From: an uncultured Deinococcales bacterium
GTDB lineage: Bacteria; Deinococcota; Deinococci; Deinococcales; JAAFIG01
Assembly: GCA_964247135.1 (NCBI GenBank)
Contig: CAXTTL010000028.1
Span: 1 to 31,284, forward strand
DNA: 31,284 nt
Direction of reading: 5' to 3'
Positions within the stretch are counted from its first letter, which is position 1. Each line of letters begins with the position of its first letter. The notes beneath the pieces are model-generated. The model was not told the DNA's origin, ran no database searches, and saw nothing but the letters and a program-made list of their open reading frames with translations. The position numbers and the translations under genes were made by a program. Shown piece after piece: positions 9,074 to 16,459 of the stretch.

Positions 9074-10578
9074 TCCAAGTCCTCGGCGTGAAGCTCGAGT
9101 TTGCGGTCAAAGGCTTTCTCGAACAAGCCCGATTGCTTGCTGGCTTCGACCAATTCCACCCGAGGCACTTCGCTGGCAATCAATTTGATTTTCACGGTGT
9201 CTTTGCCCAGTTCAAACTCGAGGTCGGTCACGCGCCCCGCCCTCGCCCGCTCGAGGTATTCTGCCAGCCGCAAACAGGCGCTAAGGCGCAGAAGGCGTTT
9301 GTCATCATCAGGCTCGAGGATGCTTTTGAAATCGCCCAGTTTTGGGTCGCCCTTACGATGGTACTGGGTTAACAACGCCAGCAGCACGTGTTCGCGGTGA
9401 GAAAAGCCTGGCATTTGCGAGTTTAAAATCAAATACGCGCTGTGCTTGTGATGGTCAAAATAATTGACCGCCATGCCGATGTCGTGCAGGTACGCCGCCG
9501 CATCCAAGAGCAACGCCTCGCTCGAGCCGTAACGGTGCAGGCTCTCGAGTCCATCAAAAAGTTTGCGCGTCAGTTTGCGCACGTTGTCGGTGTGCGCCTC
9601 GGGTTGTGGGTACTGCGCGAACAGATTTTGTAGCGCCATCGAACGCACCTCGGGGATCAAATGCGGTTCGGGCAGAAAATGCCGATAAAACGCGCCCTCG
9701 CGCACGCCCTGCCCCGAAATGTGAATGCCCTCGAGCTGGGTTTCGCGCAAGACCGTGCGGTAGACGAGCGCCCCCGCCAGAATCACATCGGCACGGTCAG
9801 GGTGAATTCCAGGCAAGGAGCGCTCACCTTTCTCGAGCTTGAGAAGTTTCTCAACCACCTCCTCGAGCGCCTCACGTTTTAAGAAATACCCGTGAATCAT
9901 GTCAAACGGGTAATTGCTGGCTTTTTGCACCGCCCGAGCCAAATTCCGAATCGTACCACCCATCGCCACCAGCGGCGCTTTTTCTTGCCTGACCCGCTCG
10001 AGTTGCGCCGCCATTTGGGTTTTCACGTGCTTCTCGAGCGCCACAATTTCTTTGGCGTTGGCTTTATCGCCTTTTAAAAATTGTTCGGTCAACCGCACCC
10101 CACCCAGCGGGAACGCCTGCCCACACACAAACCAACGGTTCTCGAGTTTGGACAGTTGTGCGCTGCCGCCGCCCAAATCCATGACCCAACAATTGGCAAA
10201 CACAAAACTGTTCGCCACCGCCAACGCCCCGTACCGCGCCTCATCCTCGCCAGAGAGCACTTTAAACTCGAGGTTTAAGCCAACGGTGCGCGACAAAAAA
10301 TCCTGACTGTTTGCCGCCTCCCGCACCGCGCTGGTGGCAATCACCTCGAGCCGCCCGAGTTTGGTCGCGCCAGCGTAATCGGCATAAAGTTTTAAGGCAT
10401 CCAAAGCGCGTTCAATCGCGTGTTCGTCCAACTCGCCGCTCGAGGCAAACCCCTCGCCCAGCCGCACGGGTTCGCGGATTTCATCGGTCAGTTTAAACCA
10501 ACGCCCTGGTTCGTACTGGTAGACCACGAGTCGTGCCGTGCCCGAACCCATGTCCACAATCCCAATGCGCTCCGTCAT
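9019..10578 (-). CDS. ppx: Ppx/GppA exopolyphosphatase with C-terminal HD domain
   Basis: DMGSGT, ATSAVREA, LSGEDEA, DLGGGS, GGTIR, GVREG and LHDIG motifs. Confidence 0.93.
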   Translation of the reverse strand: MTERIGIVDMGSGTARLVVYQYEPGRWFKLTDEIREPVRLGEGFASSGELDEHAIERALDALKLYADYAGATKLGRLEVIATSAVREAANSQDFLSRTVGLNLEFKVLSGEDEARYGALAVANSFVFANCWVMDLGGGSAQLSKLENRWFVCGQAFPLGGVRLTEQFLKGDKANAKEIVALEKHVKTQMAAQLERVRQEKAPLVAMGGTIRNLARAVQKASNYPFDMIHGYFLKREALEEVVEKLLKLEKGERSLPGIHPDRADVILAGALVYRTVLRETQLEGIHISGQGVREGAFYRHFLPEPHLIPEVRSMALQNLFAQYPQPEAHTDNVRKLTRKLFDGLESLHRYGSSEALLLDAAAYLHDIGMAVNYFDHHKHSAYLILNSQMPGFSHREHVLLALLTQYHRKGDPKLGDFKSILEPDDDKRLLRLSACLRLAEYLERARAGRVTDLEFELGKDTVKIKLIASEVPRVELVEASKQSGLFEKAFDRKLELHAEDLDYRSRRSTPGGKTKRKNA

Positions 10579-10701
10579 GGTTTTATCGTACCTCGAGCCG
10601 CAGGGTTCACCTCCCTCGAGATTTTAAACCCATGAAAACTCGAGATGAAAAATCACCCAGTTTTTGGTTTGGTGACACTCGAAGTCAACTTTAAACGCCT
10701 C

Positions 10702-11166
10702 TTAAGTTTTTAAAACCTGAAAATCAAACACCGTCTCACAATCATCCGCAAACACGCAACGCCCCTCGAGTTGCTCACCCGTCAAAATCCGCTTCAACCA
10801 ATACCGCGCATCGTCCCACATCCACTCGAGCGGCAGTGCATCCAATTCAAACCAGGCGGGATTCATTTCCGCAGTCTCGAGCGCTTCGCCTGTCCAAACT
10901 CGGGTGGTAAAAACATGCACCAACTGATCCCAATCTGGTTTGGCGGGAAACAAAAACTCTACGGTTCCCATAAACGCCAAGTTAGCCTCTAGCACGCGCA
11001 AACCAGATTCCTCGAGCAATTCTCGGGCTGCGGCTTTGGTTGGGGTTTCGTTTGGTTTGATACCGCCACCAAAGCCCGTGGTTTTCCCAGCGCCAAAACC
11101 ATGTTTTTTGAATCCCAGCAACACTCGAGCATCCTGAATTGGAAAGCACAACGTCACCTCGCGCAT
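10702..11166 (-). CDS. Nudix hydrolase (8-oxo-dGTPase/NUDT1-like)
   Basis: Complete Nudix box GGIKPNETPTKAAARELLEESGL, plus KKHGFGAG, EMNPAWF and MWDDARYW as in MTH1-like proteins. Confidence 0.88.
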   Translation of the reverse strand: MREVTLCFPIQDARVLLGFKKHGFGAGKTTGFGGGIKPNETPTKAAARELLEESGLRVLEANLAFMGTVEFLFPAKPDWDQLVHVFTTRVWTGEALETAEMNPAWFELDALPLEWMWDDARYWLKRILTGEQLEGRCVFADDCETVFDFQVLKT

Positions 11167-11213
11167 GAATCGATTAAAGCATCAAAAATGATTTGAAAGT
11201 CATCGGTCAAGCT

Positions 11214-11888
11214 TTAAACGTAATCGACAACCAAGACTCGAGTCTTCACAGGCAGTGTCTCGAGTGTAATTTCAACCTCGCTGGTGCAAGCAAAATCCAC
11301 GTCCTCATCATCAAAAAGCTCGAGAAAATTCGTGATCCAAAACATGTTGCGGGGTTTGTAGGTCAGGGTGCGAAAGTGCATGGGAATGACCAATTTCGGC
11401 TTGACATGTTCGATCAGGATTTGCAAATCACTCAACTCGAGGGTCGGGTGTCCACCCGCCAGCGCCAGCAGCACGTCAATGCCTTCAAAAAACTCGAGTT
11501 GGGCGGGTGTTAGGGCGTTGCCCATGTCGCCCAAATGTCCAACCTGAATGCCGCCTACGTTGATGCGGTACATGCCGTTCTGGTCTGGGTCGTGCTCGGC
11601 GTGGTTGAGTGCTTCCATCGCTTCGATGGCACGAAATTCAATGCCTTGCTCGAGCCTCACGCCGCCAATTCGAGCCAACTCGAGGGCGTTGATGGTCGTG
11701 TGCGAACCTGGAATCAGGTTTTCGTTGCAGTGAAACGAATCGTTGTCGCTCGAGATGATGACAATATCGGCGGGTTCGGAAAAGGTTTTGAAACCGGCAG
11801 TGGCAGGGTCGTAAGGGTCGGTGATGATCGAAACACCACCCTCACTACGGATGCGAAAACTGGCGTGACCGTACCATTTGAGTTTCAT
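11214..11888 (-). CDS. MBL-fold hydrolase with an atypical metal-binding motif
   Basis: WYGHASF, IITDPY, HLGD and VIPMHF motifs. SSDNDSFH occupies the HxHxDH position. ATGA overlap with iolM. Confidence 0.85.
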   Translation of the reverse strand: MKLKWYGHASFRIRSEGGVSIITDPYDPATAGFKTFSEPADIVIISSDNDSFHCNENLIPGSHTTINALELARIGGVRLEQGIEFRAIEAMEALNHAEHDPDQNGMYRINVGGIQVGHLGDMGNALTPAQLEFFEGIDVLLALAGGHPTLELSDLQILIEHVKPKLVIPMHFRTLTYKPRNMFWITNFLELFDDEDVDFACTSEVEITLETLPVKTRVLVVDYV

Positions 11889-13063
11889 GGTTGCACCGTT
11901 GGTTCTGAGTTGGGCAGCAGAATGATTTTCGCATCTTGGCGCGACTCGAGCCGTTTGAAGGCGGCTTTGGCGTCGCGCAGTGCCATTTGGGCACTGACCA
12001 TCGGGCGCATGTCGAGTTTGCCCGATGCCATGAGGCGAATGACGTTCGGGAATGTGCCGTGTCCCGCATGTCCGAGCGAACCCGCGAGGTGCACGCCGCG
12101 CACCTGGTAATGCTCGAGGGAGAGGCTGGTGGGTTTTTCGCTGCGTCCAATGTGCGCAATGGTCGCACCAACCGCCAAGCCCGAAGTGAGCGGGCTGAGG
12201 GTGTGCTGCGGCGCTCCTGCGGCTTCGACCACAAAATCCACGCCGTGACCACGGGTCAACTCGAGCAGCGAGGCGTTCAGATCAAGTCCTGTTGGGTTGA
12301 GGGTGCTGGTTGCACCCAGTTTTTTGGCGATCTCGAGCCGCGACTCACTGACATCCACGGCAATGATTTGTGATGCACCTGCGGCTGCTGCCAAGGCAAT
12401 CGCAGCCAGCCCGATTGGACCGCCGCCAAAAACCACGGTGTACACCCCTGGCTTCCAGGTCGAAAGTCGGTTGAACATGGCGTGATAAGAGACTCCCGTC
12501 GGTTCAACCATTGCACCCAGCAGCATGGCTTGACGCTCGTCTCCGAGGCGTTCGGCAATTTCCTCGAGTTTCCAGCAGTATTTGGCTTTGACCGCAATGT
12601 ATTGCGCCATCGCGCCTGGGGTGGTGAAGCCGAGTTCTTCCATTTGGGTGCAGTGATTCACCAGTCCACGGCGGCAAGCGTCGCAGGTGCCGCACCAGTT
12701 GACTTCTTCCACTGCGACCAAATCACCTTTTGCCAGACCGTGCACATCCTTGCCAAGCTCGAGAATGCGACCACTGAATTCGTGACCGAGAATATTTGGA
12801 AATCGCGTCAAACCAGGGTAGAGCATGTAACCATCCGCGCCAGTCTCAACCATGTGCATGTCCGAACCGCAAATGCCAACCGCGCAAACCTCGAGCAGCA
12901 CTTCATCGCTGGCACATTCAGGGTCGGGCAGGTTGCCAAGCTCGAGGCGCGGGTTGTGCCAGACGCTCGAGCCTGTGCTGACTTTGCGGGTTTGAAGTTC
13001 TTTTTGGGAAAGTTGATACCCAGATTTTGGGTTCCAGTCTGCAATCAATTGTAGGGCGTTCAT
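11885..13063 (-). CDS. iolM: Scyllo-inosose 3-dehydrogenase (IolM-like Zn-dependent MDR)
   Basis: GICGSD, GHE, structural Zn motif CGTCDAC...C and GGGPIG. The segments GSSVWHNP, GYMLYPGLTRFP and GHAGHGTFPNVIRLMASG match Thermotoga IolM as I recall it. RBS AAAGGA supports a start at 13063. Confidence 0.82.
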   Translation of the reverse strand: MNALQLIADWNPKSGYQLSQKELQTRKVSTGSSVWHNPRLELGNLPDPECASDEVLLEVCAVGICGSDMHMVETGADGYMLYPGLTRFPNILGHEFSGRILELGKDVHGLAKGDLVAVEEVNWCGTCDACRRGLVNHCTQMEELGFTTPGAMAQYIAVKAKYCWKLEEIAERLGDERQAMLLGAMVEPTGVSYHAMFNRLSTWKPGVYTVVFGGGPIGLAAIALAAAAGASQIIAVDVSESRLEIAKKLGATSTLNPTGLDLNASLLELTRGHGVDFVVEAAGAPQHTLSPLTSGLAVGATIAHIGRSEKPTSLSLEHYQVRGVHLAGSLGHAGHGTFPNVIRLMASGKLDMRPMVSAQMALRDAKAAFKRLESRQDAKIILLPNSEPTVQP

Positions 13064-13087
13064 TGTTATCCTTTCAAAACGGCTTTG

Positions 13088-13183
13088 GTAGGGTGCGCTT
13101 CTTGACCATAATACGCACCTATCGGGCATGGTCGCCTTGCGCACCACGGGTTTATGGTTGACGGTGCGCAAGGCGCACCCTAC
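13088..13183. repeat. REPIN-like inverted pair of GTAG REPs (class A)
   Basis: 13163-13183 reads GTAGGGTGCGCCTTGCGCACC on the minus strand. The left copy is split (GTAGGGTGCG at 13088, CGCCTTGCGCACC at 13133). Confidence 0.75.
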
Positions 13184-13214
13184 GGGTTGACAATTGAAAA
13201 CCTCGAGCCTTGAT

Positions 13215-13244
13215 TTGCAAAGATTATCAGATATGATATATGAT
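13215..13244 (+). promoter_or_regulatory. Sigma70-type leaderless promoter of gntR overlapped by a candidate GntR operator
   Basis: TTGCAA-18nt-TATGAT-7nt-ATG, overlapped by the dyad TATCA-GATA-TGATA and tandem ATATGAT x2. Confidence 0.55.
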
Positions 13245-13251
13245 TTCAAGC

Positions 13252-13935
13252 ATGGCGCGACGATCCGAACCCAGACCAGAATTAAAGCTCGGGTTTGCCG
13301 CTCGAGCAAGCTCTGGCAACCGCACCGATGGCGTGTTCGATGCGATCAAAGAAGCCATTCTGACCCGAGCCATTCCAAGCGGCACGCCACTGATTGAACA
13401 GCACCTTGCCGAAGAATTTGGGGTCAGCAAAACCCCCGTGCGCGAGGCGTTGCTACGACTTTCCAAAGAGGGGCTTGTGCGGCTCGAGAACACCCGAGGC
13501 GCGAGTGTGGTCGAACTGACCCGCGAAGAGGTGCATGACATTTTCGAGATGCGCCTTTACCTCGAGCCACTGGCACTCGAACAAAGCGCGGCATGGCTTG
13601 GGAAACCTCAACTCAAGGCACTCGAGCAACTGCTGCTGGATGCCGAAAAAGCTGTGGCTCGAGGTGATTTGGTGAAACTCAGTCGCCTCAACATTGACTT
13701 TCACCGTGGTTTGTATGCGCTTGCGCCGAATCAATTGCTGGTCGGTTGGTTGGACGGCTTATCGGATCGCCGAAGGTTGCTGTCGGTGCAAGGTTGGCAA
13801 CGCGAAAACCGCAGTGAAACCGAATGGCAAGAGCACCGCAGCATCCTGGACGCTGTTCAAGCTGGCGATATTCTATTGGCGAAAAAAAGATTAAAAGATC
13901 ACATCAAACGTTTCTCGAGGATTCTCGAGTCGTAA
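13252..13935 (+). CDS. GntR family (FCD) transcriptional regulator
   Basis: LAEEFGVSKTPVREAL HTH, and FCD motifs NIDFH and QEHRSIL. Confidence 0.93.
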   Translation: MARRSEPRPELKLGFAARASSGNRTDGVFDAIKEAILTRAIPSGTPLIEQHLAEEFGVSKTPVREALLRLSKEGLVRLENTRGASVVELTREEVHDIFEMRLYLEPLALEQSAAWLGKPQLKALEQLLLDAEKAVARGDLVKLSRLNIDFHRGLYALAPNQLLVGWLDGLSDRRRLLSVQGWQRENRSETEWQEHRSILDAVQAGDILLAKKRLKDHIKRFSRILES

Positions 13936-13945
13936 AAGGAGTTTC

Positions 13946-14854
13946 ATGCAAGGGATTGTTCCAATTGTTTTTGTGCCATTTGATGAAGCTGGTGGCATTG
14001 ATGAAGCCAGCTTGCGCCGTGTGGTGCGGTTTGAACTCGAGGGTGGTGCGGATGGCATCGGCATCAACGGGTTTGCCTCCGAAGCCTACAAACTGACCGA
14101 CCAGGAGCGCGAGCAGACCGCCGAAATTGTGGCGGATGAAGTCGCCAGGCAAGTGCCTTTGGTGATTGGCATTGCCGCAGGCAGCACCGAAGGCGCCATC
14201 ACTCAAATGAAAACTTTTGCCAAACTCGAGCCAGCGGTGTTCATGGTTTTGCCGCCAGCCACGTTTGATTACACGCCCCAAAGTCTGGTCGAGCATTACG
14301 TGACCCTGGCAAACTCGAGCGACACGCCGATCATGATGCAGCACTCGCCGCACATCGCGCAGTATTCGCACGTGTTGCTCGAGGTCGAACATTTGGCACA
14401 GATGGCGAACCGTGCCGGCAACCTCGGTTATTTTAAGATCGAAGGTCCTGGCGCTCCAGATCGAATGCGAGCCTTAAAACCTCTGATTCCCGAAAACGTC
14501 AAACTGTTTGGCGGCGTCGGTGGAATCAGCTTTCTCGAGGAACTCGAGGTTGGGATTGCGGGTGTGATTCCTGGTGTGGGCTTCAACGAGGTTTTCAAGA
14601 TGGCTTGGAAAGCTTGGAACTTGGGCGATAAGGCTCGAGTTGCCGAGATTTTGACCCAGCATCAACCGCTCGTCAGTGCCGTCTCGAGCAAGGGTCACGA
14701 GTTCTCACTTCATGCCCGAAAACAGCTTGCCAAACGCGCGGGTCTGATCTCGAGCGCCAAGGTTCGCAACCCCAGTGTTGCACCTACCGAAGCCGAAATC
14801 GGGTTAATCTTTCAAACGGCAGATCAATTTAACTTGCGAATCTCGAGGAGATAA
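13946..14854 (+). CDS. DapA/NanA-like class I aldolase/dehydratase family protein
   Basis: PFDEAGGIDEASL, GFASEAYKLT and Schiff-base Lys in YFKIE. RBS AAAGGAG. Confidence 0.88.
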   Translation: MQGIVPIVFVPFDEAGGIDEASLRRVVRFELEGGADGIGINGFASEAYKLTDQEREQTAEIVADEVARQVPLVIGIAAGSTEGAITQMKTFAKLEPAVFMVLPPATFDYTPQSLVEHYVTLANSSDTPIMMQHSPHIAQYSHVLLEVEHLAQMANRAGNLGYFKIEGPGAPDRMRALKPLIPENVKLFGGVGGISFLEELEVGIAGVIPGVGFNEVFKMAWKAWNLGDKARVAEILTQHQPLVSAVSSKGHEFSLHARKQLAKRAGLISSAKVRNPSVAPTEAEIGLIFQTADQFNLRISRR

Positions 14855-14858
14855 ATTT

Positions 14859-15884
14859 ATGAAATCAACCATTGGTGTCGCCATTCTCGGCGCTGGACGC
14901 ATGGGGCAAGAACACGCCCGAAATCTTTTGGGCATCCCCAACGCTCGGGTCGTGGCGATTGCCGACCCAATTCAGGCTGCTCGAGACGCGGCGCAAGTCT
15001 TGACCCGAGCCGAAAAAACCTATGCCGAACCCAGCGATGCCGTCTCTGACCCGAACGTTGACGCGATTATTATTGTCACACCGACCAACACCCACGCCGA
15101 TTTGATCGAAATGGCTGCCTTGGAGGGCAAAGCGATTTTCTGCGAGAAACCCGTGGCGCTCGATTTGACCCGCACCGTCAAGGCGCTCGAGGTGGTCAAC
15201 AAGACGGGAGTGCCGTTTCAGATTGGGTTCAACCGCCGTTTTGACCCGCCGTATATTTTGGCAAAACAAAAACTCGAGGCTGGCGAATTGGGCGCGATTG
15301 AACAGTTTATTTCGGTGATGCGTGACCCCGCGCCGCCGCCGCTCGAGTACCTGAAAATTTCGGGCGGCATGTTTTTGGATCAATCGATTCACGAACTCGA
15401 CTGCGCACGGTTTTTGGTCGGCGAGGTCGAAGAGATTTCGGCGTGGGGGCATGTTTTTGTTGACCCCGCGATTGGCGAAATTGGCGATGTGGACACGGGC
15501 ATGATCAACTTGCGTTTTAAAAACGGGGCGCTCGGCGTGATTCAAAACTCTCGCCGCAGTGCTTACGGTTACGACGTGCGCACCGAAGTGTTTGGCGCAA
15601 AAGGCAAACTGGTCATGGACGCCACGCCCAAAACACCACTCACCCAGTACGGCTCGAGCGGCGTCGGCGCGGGCAAACTCGAGCACGACCATTTTCACTT
15701 TTTCATGGATCGCTTCCGCGAGGCGTACAAGCTCGAGATGGAAGCGTTTTTCAGGTGCTTGGCTTCGGGCACGCAAACCATGCCAGGCGCGAGGGATGCG
15801 CTCGAGAGTCTGCGCTTGGGTGTGGCGGCGACCATCAGTTTGCGTGAGAAACGAACCGTCAAAATTGCGGATGTAATCAAGTAG
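14859..15884 (+). CDS. iolG: Inositol 2-dehydrogenase (Gfo/Idh/MocA)
   Basis: GAGRMG, CEKP, GFNRRFD, SGGMFLDQSIHELD and YGYDVRTEVFG motifs. RBS GAGGAG. Confidence 0.88.
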   Translation: MKSTIGVAILGAGRMGQEHARNLLGIPNARVVAIADPIQAARDAAQVLTRAEKTYAEPSDAVSDPNVDAIIIVTPTNTHADLIEMAALEGKAIFCEKPVALDLTRTVKALEVVNKTGVPFQIGFNRRFDPPYILAKQKLEAGELGAIEQFISVMRDPAPPPLEYLKISGGMFLDQSIHELDCARFLVGEVEEISAWGHVFVDPAIGEIGDVDTGMINLRFKNGALGVIQNSRRSAYGYDVRTEVFGAKGKLVMDATPKTPLTQYGSSGVGAGKLEHDHFHFFMDRFREAYKLEMEAFFRCLASGTQTMPGARDALESLRLGVAATISLREKRTVKIADVIK

Positions 15885-15944
15885 GGGCGCTGCTTGCCGC
15901 GCCCTAGCTTGCCGCGCTTGCCGCGCCCTAACTTGCCGCGTCCT
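15881..15944 (+). repeat. GTAG REP (class C) with tandem expansion of its 3' arm
   Basis: GTAGGGGCGCTGCTTGCCGCGCCC, with CTTGCCGCG at 15893, 15908, 15917 and 15932. Confidence 0.7.
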
Positions 15945-16137
15945 GTTCTTTGATGATTTTGCGCTTATTGCGACGTGATTCAAGTTGTTCCGCCTCGAGT
16001 TCTTGTTCCAAACTGAGCGTCTCAATCCAGTCACTCAATGTCTTGGCGCCTTGTTCGACGGCTTGAATCGGGGATTTACAATTCGTGCCCTCCAAGAATC
16101 GTTTGGTGGCTCGGGTCAAGTACGCCGTTTTTTTCAT
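15928..16137 (-). CDS. Hypothetical small protein (69 aa)
   Basis: ATG preceded by AAAGGGG; charged helical C-terminus; fills otherwise empty space. Confidence 0.55.
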   Translation of the reverse strand: MKKTAYLTRATKRFLEGTNCKSPIQAVEQGAKTLSDWIETLSLEQELEAEQLESRRNKRKIIKEQDAAS

Positions 16138-16459
16138 GTCAGCCCCTTTTTTGCAATAAAATCACCGCCGATCTCGAGGTTGTCGCTCGAGATTGGGTGC
16201 TTTTATGGTTCTCAATACGTGGGTTTTTAAAAAAAGTTCCAAGATTTTAGGTTTATTCGATTGGGATGCAATCTGAAACCCGATGGTCTTGGATGTGCTT
16301 AGGTCGTGCAGTTTGTTTGGATGAAAATGCGAACTCGGGCGGCTTCGTTTCTGGCGTGGTTGAGCATGGCGGCTTCCTTTCAGGCGGTTATGGAAATTCT
16401 AACCCGAGGCTTAAATTTCAAGTTGTGATTATGTTACCAACAAAATAAGCTGAAGTCAA

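Noticed and set aside
13064-13309. 82-aa N-terminal extension of IolM
   Set aside because: It runs through the REPIN and the gntR start; the RBS supports 13063.
15893-15940. CRISPR array
   Set aside because: The 9-15 bp units lack unique spacers and there are no cas genes; the same applies to the REP clusters.
14865-16034. 389-aa antisense ORF over iolG
   Set aside because: Shadow frame with no motifs; its RQARA repeats come from the REP tandem.
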